Below are positions 53,280 to 64,000 of a stretch of 64,000 bases of DNA, in pieces. A model generated the notes under the pieces. The model ran no database searches, was not told where the DNA came from, and saw only the letters and a program-made list of their open reading frames with translations. Position 1 is the first letter of the stretch, and each line of letters begins with the position of its first letter. The stretch covers positions 177,940,001 through 178,004,000 of the forward strand of contig OX597816.1 of assembly GCA_951406725.2 (NCBI GenBank). Direction: 5' to 3'. The stretch is from Octopus vulgaris (Eukaryota). The translations under genes were made by a program, and so were the position numbers.

Positions 53280-53469
53280 TGTGTGTGAGTGTGTGTGTGT
53301 GAGTGTGTGTGTGTGAGTGTGTGTGTGTGTGCGTGTGTGTGTGTGTGTGAGTATACATATATACAAAAATTCTATAATAAAATTTTTGTATAAGTTTACC
53401 GATAATGGTTATTTTAACATACCGAACTATTTGGTAAAATTATTAGTCATTAATTAATTAATTTTACCC

Positions 53470-53520
<51 letters not shown>

Positions 53521-53574
53521 CGTTTATATATTTGTTGTGCAAGATTTTTTATGTGAAGTCGTGTGTTGAAACAG

Positions 53575-53850
53575 ATATTGTTATATTTTGGAATGGTCAT
53601 TTTGCCAGTTTAGCCAATAAAAACACACGCACTATATATTTGGTGTTATTTTGCTTCAGTGTTATTTATTTTTTACATTAATCTTAATCTTATTTCGGTC
53701 ACAGGAGTGTGACGAAAGAACTCTGGCCGAAATAAGATTAAGATTAATGTAAAAAATAAATAACACTGAAGCAAAGTAACACCAAATATATAGTGCGTGT
53801 GATTTTATTGGCTAAACTGGCAAAAATGACCATTCCGAAAAATATCAATA
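53575..53850. repeat. Near-perfect ~275-bp hairpin (foldback element)
   Basis: ~125-bp arms (53575-53700 and 53726-53850) with a short spacer, adjacent to (TA)n. Confidence 0.88.
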
Positions 53851-54259
53851 TATATATATATATATATATAATGTATGTAATTTTATGAATCGGCCATAAT
53901 GTACATTATGATTATGCATATACATATTTGTTAATATATACCCAACATAACTTTACTACTACAACGTTTGTCCATTCAAGAATATCGGTTGAATATCTTT
54001 TTATACGTATAATGTTTTATTATTTTTTACAAGGACCTCCGTCATTAATGCCCAAAATCACATCATGCAACAGATATGTCATAAGATTTCTGATATAAGG
54101 TAGTAACAACGTTAATTTATTAACAAAACCGTATTAAACTAGAATTAACTTCCGTATGGACATTTTAATAGAAAAATAAACTCAAATATACGAAGCCCCT
54201 TAACACATACTCAACTTAAATATCAATAAGTATTTTAGTACACTCTGCACCAGGATTTG

Positions 54260-54357
54260 TGTTTATATACATACATATAAATGTCTGTGTATGTATTATG
54301 TATGTATGTATGCGTATCTATATATGTATGTATGTATATATGTATGTATGTATATAC

Positions 54358-54392
<35 letters not shown>

Positions 54393-54505
54393 CATATATA
54401 TATACATATATATATATGTGTATATTTATATATATGTGTATATATATATGTGTATATATATATATACATATATATACATATATATATATATATACATATA
54501 TATAT

Positions 54506-54552
<47 letters not shown>

Positions 54553-54903
54553 TATACATATACATATATATATATATACATATATGTATATATATATACA
54601 TATATATACATATACATATATATATATATACATATATATACATATACATATATATATATACATATACATATATACATATATATATATATACATATATATA
54701 TACATATATATACATATATATATATATACATATATATATATACATATATATATATACATATATATATATACATACATACATATATGTATACATGTGTGTG
54801 CAAACATATACTTATACATTGATATACTATTATACATAAATATATATACATATACACACACACACATATATATATACACACATGTACATATATATATGTA
54901 AAT

Positions 54904-54983
<80 letters not shown>

Positions 54984-54985
54984 GT
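54260..54985. repeat. (TA)/(TACA) compound microsatellite
   Basis: Direct reading. Confidence 0.9.
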
Positions 54986-55969
54986 ATATTTAAATATATA
55001 CGAAGAGAACTCAAAAATTATCCACACTTTCGCCATAGCATATCTTTGTTATTGTCACACTGTCTTCTGCGCATGCGTGTTTATAGTTGGTACTATTGTG
55101 GTCACGTGATCGAAGTTTGAGTCTGATCACGCCATTTTTCGTGCGGATAAGTTTTGACTTCCCCTCGTATATATATATATATATTTATTTATATGTATAT
55201 ATGTGTATGTGTGTGTATATATATGTATGTATATATATATATATATGTGTGTGCATGTGTGTGTGTGTGTGTGTGTGCATACGAATATAGGTGCATGTGC
55301 AAACGCACAAGTGTTAATACATTTGTGTGTACATATATGTTTAATTAGATGCACGTATGTGAATGTATATATACATAAATTATATAGATTGTAACATAAT
55401 GATTTTGCTTCTTAATTTCATTTTGTCCTTTTCTTCATATCGTTGATTACAAACTTGTTAAATTATTAATTTGGACACTTTCCCTTCTGCGACACATCTC
55501 TGTTAGAGTTTTCCTTTTATTCATAGACATTTCTCTCCTGTTTCAAGAACTTTTAGTTAAATTTCTAAGCATTACTGAGACATTCTCGTCATCACAGTTA
55601 TGTTTTATACACTTTCTATGGCTGGTTGCTTGACTGAGTGCAATAAAGGCTACCACAATGTTGATGCTCTTATGAAATTCTTTATATAGTTATATTTCGT
55701 TATTGTTCCAAATTTAGATGAATTTTTCATCGATTGAAGTCGACAAAACAAAACTTTTCTTTCAAGAGTCCGGATTTTCGATAGGTACTACCTACTAACG
55801 AATGAGAAATAGAAATAAGCTATAGATAAAGTACGAAGGCGATATAAAAACATAGTTTTAGAAATAATGACAATATTTTAACATTTATGAGAAGTAAAAT
55901 GAAAAGATAGATGATATTAATAACAACAGTAAGAGAAAGTATAACAACAACAACAGCAGCAACAACAAA

Positions 55970-56555
55970 CATTTCAAATTTTGCGAAAAGAGCAGGGGAT
56001 TAAGTCGAAAGGAGGAAAGGCAAAGTCGACCTCGGAGGAATTTGAACTCAGAACGTAGCAGCAGACGAAATACTTGTTTCTTTATTACCCACAAGGGGCT
56101 AAACATAGAGGGGACAAACAAGGACAGACAAACGGATTAAGTCGACTACATCGACCCCAGTGCGTAACTGGTACTTAATTTATCGACCCCGAAAGGATGA
56201 AAGGCAAAGTCGACCTCGGCGGAATTTGAACTCAGAACGTAACGGCAGACGAAATACCTCTAAGCATTTCGCCCGAGGTGCTAACGTTTCTGCCTGCTCG
56301 CCGCCTTATTATATATAACAATAATAATAACTATTATTATTATTTCAAATTTTTTCCACAAGAGCAGCTTGAGGGAGGTGGAGATGAATCGATTACAACG
56401 CCCCCAGTGTTCGACTGGTACTTATTTAATCGACACCGAAAAGATGAAAGGCAAAGTCGACCTCGGCGGAATTTGAACTCAGAACGTAGCGACAGGCGAA
56501 ATACCGCTAAGCATTCCGTCCAGCGCGGTAAAGGTTCTCCCAGCTCTCTGCCTTA
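55970..56555 (-). mobile_element. Cluster of nested/tandem SINE family B copies
   Basis: Three occurrences of GGCAAAGTCGACCTCGG.GGAATTTGAACTCAGAACGTA, plus (TAA)n tracts. Confidence 0.85.
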
Positions 56556-56598
<43 letters not shown>

Positions 56599-56711
56599 CA
56601 TAATAATAATAATTTCCTTCCATTTCGTGCCGAGTGTCTTCTTTGCCCTAGGAGTCGGGAAGACACTCGGCAAGAAATGGAAGCAAATTTGAAAGAAGAA
56701 GAAAAAAAAAG

Positions 56712-56765
<54 letters not shown>

Positions 56766-56909
56766 TGCCCTGATACAATACCAGGGATTGGCTCTCATGG
56801 CTTCTGATCCTATCTGAAAGTGTTATCATGTATGTGTTTTGTTTTGGTGTAAAACATGTAAGGGTAACATACCTAGTATTTTTGCTGTTCTAACGGCAAT
56901 TCTGCGTTC

Positions 56910-56968
<59 letters not shown>

Positions 56969-57155
56969 ATATATTTTAAATTACACACACGCACACATCC
57001 AAAATCTAACGCGAGCGACCGTTTGAATTTTTAAAAATGTAAAAAATCCACAATAGTGAAGTAGTGTGTAACTATTTTTATAGGACTGGGATCAGTCATT
57101 TTACTGTTCCGAATATCGTGATTCACTAGCAAGCACTTGAGAAACTGGTTGTATA

Positions 57156-57198
<43 letters not shown>

Positions 57199-57469
57199 CG
57201 CGAGCGTGCGTTGCGAGCGTGCGAGCGTTGCGAGCGTGCGAGCGTTGCGAGCGTGCGAACGTGCCTTGCGAGCGTGCGAACGTGCACTGCGAGCGTGCGT
57301 GCGTTGCGCACGTGTGTATGTATGTATATATGTATGTATATGTGTATAAATATTATTAATTCGTATAATATATATTTATATTGATATATATTATATATAC
57401 TTTAAGTGCATTGTATCTATCAATGCACAAAAGTCACAAATTTAAGAATGTAAAACATTGTAATAACAC

Positions 57470-57599
57470 TCACCTATTATTCACAAGTGTAAGAAATTCC
57501 TCACGAGATTTAGGATCCTCTCGTAATACACCTAACATAGTACTTGTAACTGTCTTGCTGTTGAGTTTCTGGACCCCTCGCATGACCATACACATGTGC
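57470..57599 (-). CDS. GCH1: GTP cyclohydrolase I, 3' coding exon
   Basis: [38 protein letters not shown] closely matches the animal GCH1 C-terminus, including the Zn-ligand HMC motif. Preceded by a polypyrimidine tract and AG acceptor (57600-57601), phase 2. Upstream exons not found in this window. Confidence 0.93.
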
Positions 57600-58189
57600 C
57601 TATAAGGATAAAGAAAAAGAGGTGAGTCGATATCAAATGTAAAACGATGGTGCTGACATACATATTTAAATGGCATGAAATATGATGGAACTGCTAAAAT
57701 ATGGTAAATAATTTCCTTAAATCGGAAGGCGGCTATCTGGCAGAACCGTTAAAACACTGGGCTAAATGCTTAGCAGTATTCCGTCCGTCTTTATGTTTGA
57801 AGTTAAAATTCCAAGGTGGCCCACTTTGCATTTTATCTTGTTAAAGTAATCGATTTGATCCGAACTTGCGGGCCTTGTGGTTATCGCCAAGTGGAGAAAT
57901 AGAACGGCCGGTGGCAGGCTCGAATTTGAACTAAATTTAATTACGTCTATTTAAGTATTCTTTCTTTGAATTTCATACTATTAGTTCGTGGGTCAATAAA
58001 TAAATGTTGCAATATGGGGGTAGATTTAATCAATTAACTGCCTCCCTTACTCCAAGATCAACCCTTTAATTACTGGCTCCATCCAAATATTTAAAAAGTT
58101 AGTATTTGTAGGGAGGGGAAAGAGCTGTCGGTGGCAGAGAGAGAAGTGTTTCACAAAATTCTTTGTCGTACTTAATATACAATAATAAA

Positions 58190-58512
58190 GGCGCATGCCT
58201 AAGCGGTTATGGTATTCAGCTCGCGATAGTAAGGTCGCAAGGTTCAATTCCTAACGACGAGTTGTGTCCTTCAGCAAGACACTCTATTTCACGTTGCTTC
58301 AGTCCACTCGGCTGGCAAAAATGATTAGTGCCTGTAATTCAAAGGGCCAGCCCTTATCACACTCTGTGTGACGCTGAGTTTCCCTGAGAACTACGTGAAG
58401 GGTACACGTGCTTGTGAAGTGCTCAGCCACTTGCACATTATTTTTCCGAGTGGATCTGTTCCGTTGATCGAATCAACTGGAACCCTCGTCGTCGCAACCG
58501 ACGGAGTGCCAA
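58190..58512 (+). mobile_element. tRNA-derived SINE family C
   Basis: GGCGCATGCCTAAGCGGTTA (A-box-like), GGTTCAATTCC (B box), then GTGTCCTTCAGCAAGACAC core. Confidence 0.7.
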
Positions 58513-60671
58513 TAATTTAGTATACATTGTTAAAACCTCGCTGGTGTCGATTTTGCCTCTCAACTTTATAAACTCAAGTTTATCACCTATACTTCCCAAC
58601 ACACACACATCATAACCAGCAAATAAATAAAATATATGACCATCTGCTAATGCTAGAAAGAAAGAAATATTTAGTAGAACTAACTACTCATGAAATGTAC
58701 TTTGATAATGATAGAATTTTGCATGTTGTTCATGATGAAAGAATTAATGAGAAAATAAAGATGAAGACAAACAGGTCTGATGCAGCAAGTATTGAGAGAA
58801 GATGCACACAGCTTCATTGACTTGGTGAGCTGAATACAGTCGATATTAGAAAATCATATGAAAGAAACATCGAAGGAACGACGTATATGTTTTTCGTAGA
58901 AATATATCTCTTGTAGAAATATATCTCTATTACTTGTTTCAGTTATAGCACTAGCGCCATGGTGGGGCACATCGTTGAAGGATGTTTAGCCAGTCATATC
59001 GACTCTTACACTTATTTTTCATACTTGGGTTATCGATATCCACTTGTCGCAACGCTAGACACGACACATAAACACAAACACCGTTTTGCTAGAAGCATCA
59101 GTAGAAAATAAAGACTGACACTCACACACTTTTTCTTTATTACCCACTAGGGGCGAAATGACACTCACACACATGCGCATACACACATGCGCGTACACAC
59201 ACGCGTGCGCACTGAAGAAATTAATCCATGAAGACGATCTACCCGATGGGTACGGGTACTACGGACTACACTGCAATTATCCCAGGAATACGGACAGTGA
59301 TCTTAAGAGACATGTGCTTTGTGGAAACGTGCGTAGCAATGCACTAAAATATTCATGAATTCCATCCAGGGATTATTGCTATTATTGCTATATTTATCCT
59401 ACAATGTATCGGCACAGCTTGGTGCAACCTAAAAAAGCTGGTTCATCACTCAGCATCGTTTGACTGTAGCCGGCATAATGGATTAAGAGATATATATATA
59501 TATACATATTCACTCCCACACACACATGCACACATATACATATATGTACCCAATACATACATGTGTGCGCATACGACAGGCTTTTGCACAGTTTCCGACT
59601 ACCAATTCCACTCGCTCGACGCGAGGCTGTAAGACCTTTTTACCAAAATTGCACACATTGGGGCCGAACCTGTGACCACTTCTTAATGAAGCTAACTTTT
59701 TAATCACAGAAACATGCCTTCGTCTCTCTATATTCTCTTAATGTATCTATTTGATGTTGTCAGTTACCAGTTTACTGAATGTACATACACGTTATATATG
59801 CACTTGAAATCACAATTATCAACTCATATTTGAGTAGCTCTTCAAGTGGTGACACACATTACTAACTTAGTATTTGTTGTAGTCTCTTGAAGTTGCAACT
59901 AAGTCCTCACCCTGTATCATGCTCTGTTGTCTTAAAAAGTAAAGAAAACATTGAATGATTTAGTCTGGGATACAATGTACCTCAAAAATAAACAAAAGCC
60001 GGGAAGTCATGACTAATTCCTTTTAACATAGATTTCCTTCGGGATTGATTCTGAACTAAGCAGAACCAAATAAAAAGAGATGTAGCACATCTATCCCCGT
60101 TTATCACTAATTTAGTAATCACTGATCCGAAATAACACAGTCCGCTCAGTTATGAACCATATTACGCTTATCATGAATTGATCTGTGATAACACGAATCG
60201 GCCATGTCAATGATTCTGCTTGATATGATATTTTTCAGTTATATTTCTATAATTTATTGATCGTATGTTATTAAATTTTACTTTAAATATTTTTACTAGC
60301 CTGAAACAATATCATGATGTGCTCCAAACCATTTGGAAATGTTATTTGGGTAAGTTGGGGGATCATCTTCGGATCTCGGAACGAAACTTATTTTCCCCAT
60401 ATGTTCTATTATTCATTTATCGCCGATTCATTTAACGCGCTTTTTTTTTTACCAGATACCCGTGATAAGCGAGTACATACGTATTAAGATTATAATTTCT
60501 GGACTATACTCTACTTTAGAATATACATTTACTATAGTTACATCAACATTACAGTTCTATCACCGCTCCATCACAAGTTTTTCCTTGACGTGTACATGAT
60601 CAGAAGCCAGTTGCGAAGTAAGACTATTTCCAAACTAAGAGCAATCGTGTTCTTATATACTAAACTACAGC

Positions 60672-60738
<67 letters not shown>

Positions 60739-61049
60739 GTTGTTGAATCATGGGAAATTGGTGAAAAGTTGACTCGACTGATGGAGAAAATGCAAGTGAA
60801 AGGTGTTGACCGCCTAAAACAACTAAAACAATAGACACAAACAAAAAGTTTTGATAAGATATTATTTCAAATTAGTGTAGGTGTTTCATTAAAAACATTT
60901 TAAAACATTTACACATTCCCATTGAGAAATTGTTTTTTATCATTTATGTGCGTGTGTATTTTATATATGTGCGTGTGAGTATGTGTGTTTAGTGTATGTA
61001 TGTATGTATGTATGTATGTATGTATGTATGTATGTATGTATGTATGCAT

Positions 61050-61160
61050 ATCATTATTAAGTTTTATTTCAAGATTTCAGGCCAACAGAGAAAGAGCCGA
61101 TTTATAACCGCTATCCAAGGTTCCTTCATTAGAATTTCAACATCAGTAACGGTATTCTTG
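61050..61160 (-). mobile_element. R4/Dong-like 3'-end copy within (TATG)n
   Basis: Homologous to 48124-48230. A further piece at 61860-62000 matches 48255-48395. Confidence 0.7.
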
Positions 61161-61208
61161 TATGTATGTATGTATGTATGTATGTATGTATGTATGTATG
61201 TATGTATG

Positions 61209-61246
<38 letters not shown>

Positions 61247-61261
61247 ATGTCAGGTCAATTT

Positions 61262-61819
61262 CGAATGCTACTGGTAACATGAAACCCAGTACAACCTGTT
61301 GCATGGTCGAGTCGTCAGCGACTAAACCGGCAACCCCACCAAGCTTGCTTGGTGAGGAGGGTGTTTATTGGATACACTGCGGGATGAAAAACAAAACCCG
61401 ACAAAGGGCGGAGGAACTCTTGAGAGTCAACGGCCATCCAATAAATGTGTAATTTTTTTTCTTAAGGCTTAAGGCTGTATCATACACTGGGACATAGAAA
61501 TAATCAGACTGAATACCCGATCGCGCGGTTAAACCATTGGGAGTGAAGGACTCCTAGCCTTTGTTAGGGCATCCTTCTAGGAGAAGGTAACTCAGGTAAC
61601 TGGGATAACTCCGACATAAAACCTGCGGCTCAGTGGTTACCGATGATGTTGACTTGTTCTTCTTTTCGGATTATGGCTGCTGTTGCTTAGTGAGTGGGAT
61701 TGACTCAGTGCACAGCCTTTCCTCACTTTAAAAAAAATCTTCTTGCACAGGCATTGCACGATAACAACATTGATTACGCTTCGTGCAATGGCCATACTCG
61801 ATAACGAGGGGCAGCCACC

Positions 61820-61820
<1 letters not shown>
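61262..61820 (+). mobile_element. Interspersed repeat resembling an RTE 5' region
   Basis: Homologous to 32080-32262. Contains GGGCATCCTTCTAGGAGAAGGTAACTC, similar to RTE 5' UTR motifs. Embedded in (TATC)n. Confidence 0.5.
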
Positions 61821-61853
<33 letters not shown>

Positions 61854-62499
61854 TTATCCTGGCAGATTTGTATATTTTGTTCTATGTATGTATTCTCACG
61901 CATATACATGCATATCTAGACATGCTCATATATACTTAAATGATAAACTTCTGGAAAGTTTTACACATTTTTACAGTTCCAGTGATAGATGTATCTGTAG
62001 TATGTATGTATGTATGTATGTATGTATGTATGTATGTATGTATGTATGTATGTATGTATGTATGTATGTATATGTATTTACATACATATGTATTTGTATG
62101 TATTTGTAATTATATGTATTTGTAATTACCAATTTATGATTGGAAATATCAAACTCACAGGCAGATACCAAACAATTTATTTATTGCTTACGGAGTAAAC
62201 ATGCTACCAGTTACACTAATTTCCTCTCACTCGATTTCACCTTACATTTTTGCTGGCTTTCTTTGAATTTTCAGCTTCTACAACGAATACTGACTCCCTA
62301 CAAAGTGTAATGATTCTGATTTTATGAATTAGGTAGCTCACAGTGACCGCTACTTTACAACTTGTTAAACCTAAACATAATTTCTTAAAGTTAAAAATTA
62401 ATTAGTCTAAGAATAAAAATAATCGTGATTTGATATCTAAAAGTTTGAAATATTATTAAAGTTTAAGTATATTTTGTTTATTATCATTTTCAGTGGGTT

Positions 62500-62650
62500 A
62501 CGTTCTGATTTCAAATTTCGTCGAAGTCGACTTTACCTTTCATCCTTTCGGGATCGATAAACTAAACACCAGTTGAGCACTGGGGTCGATGTAATCGACT
62601 TACTCCTTCCCCGAAATTACTGGCCTCGTACCAAAATTTGGAATCAATAT
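62500..62650 (+). mobile_element. SINE family B, partial
   Basis: GTCGACTTTACCTTTCATCCTTTCGGGATCGATAAA core. Confidence 0.78.
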
Positions 62651-63637
62651 TTTTCAGTGGGTCTAAATGTTTACTTAAAGTTAAAGCAAATCAGTTTCCT
62701 TCACAGGACCACTATTCATTCTCAGCTTTCATTTCAGCAAAGTGAAGCCGTGACGCCGTCAGAGTAGATAGAAAAGGACATATTATCAAAGGTGGGGGGG
62801 ACGCCTTAGTGGGTGCAGAATATATATTACAGAGATAGGAATTTGTCTTCTTTCGAATTTCTTCTTACACGCCCTATAAAAATATTCATTATGTAAAAAA
62901 AAAAAAGAAAAAAACAGTGAAAACAAAGTAAATATGATGCCTGTGTGCATTCCAGGTGAAGGCCGTACTGTTTTTGTTAACTTTTACAAAACAGCAGTCA
63001 GTTCTCATCAATGAGGTTTCTTTCATGACAGTAATGACCAAGATTTCTAGATAGTGTTTATTTGACGTATAGTAAAGTCTTTAACCATTTGAATGTCATA
63101 CATAGAATATTAAACTCCGCCCACGCTACAGCACCGGTTCGACTCTCGGTTAAGCAATTTTATATCATTTATCTTTCACATGTGCCATTTTTAGCTGTAG
63201 TTAAGGTCCTAAAGAAGGGAGGAACTCGATATCCAACAATTAATGCGAAATCTTCGACATTAAACCAGCAATCTACAGAAAGTTTGCTAACTGTCTTGGG
63301 TCTATGTAGACATAGATACTCACTCGACCTTCCCACTCATTGACTCAACAGAACAGTATGTGACGGCTGAAGGAAGAAATGGTCGCAGCATAGAAATACG
63401 ATGGTCTTCTGCTTAGTTTTCCTCTGTCAGATGCTATTCACTGGGGAGTAGTTAACCTGAGGTTACGAAGCTACAGTGTTAACAAGCGCACTTGTTAACC
63501 AATTGGTTATGTGTACAAATAAATAACTACCCACTCACGCATACATAAATATACATACATATACATGCATTCATATATATATACATGAATGTATCCAAAT
63601 ATATATCTATAAATATACATATACTTATATAAATACA

Positions 63638-63697
<60 letters not shown>

Positions 63698-63905
63698 TAA
63701 ATGAAAGAATGGAGTCGAACGACGATTTAACAAAATTCCTTTATTCTCGACATATGTTTCGAAGACTGCATATTCTTAATTCCGATAATCCTAGTATTAT
63801 CCATACTAGGATAATTCATTCAACTACTTATATATATATATGCATATATAGATAGATAGATAGATAGATAGATATATACAAGTATATATATATGTATGCA
63901 TATAA

Positions 63906-63978
<73 letters not shown>

Positions 63979-64000
63979 CATACATTCATATATATATATA

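Noticed and set aside
57602-64000. Upstream GCH1 exons
   Set aside because: No QERLTxQIA-type or other GCH1 peptide seen on the minus strand. They probably lie beyond the window.

Overview
AT-rich, microsatellite-laden animal genomic DNA. The SINE families look like those of octopus/cephalopods, which is an inference. Almost all recognisable content is transposon-derived: Penelope-like elements, Tc1 and mariner, CR1-group, RTE, R4/Dong-like and Tx1/L1-clade LINEs, tRNA-derived SINEs, a Helitron, a MITE and an LTR remnant. Host-gene content is limited to a 3' coding exon of GTP cyclohydrolase I (57470-57599, minus) and an unrecognised single-ORF 348-aa candidate gene (27313-28359, minus). The most striking structure is a ~12-kb head-to-tail array of at least four different Tx1-like retroelements (near-complete, endonuclease-deleted and ORF1-only). 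The array sits at one exact position inside the tRNA-like head of a SINE, and the ~16-nt target motif is repeated at every junction. Other notable items: SINE/LINE shared 3' tails visible within the window, minimal hammerhead ribozyme motifs with a compensatory U3-A8 core, and a 3.3-kb palindrome capped by such hammerheads.
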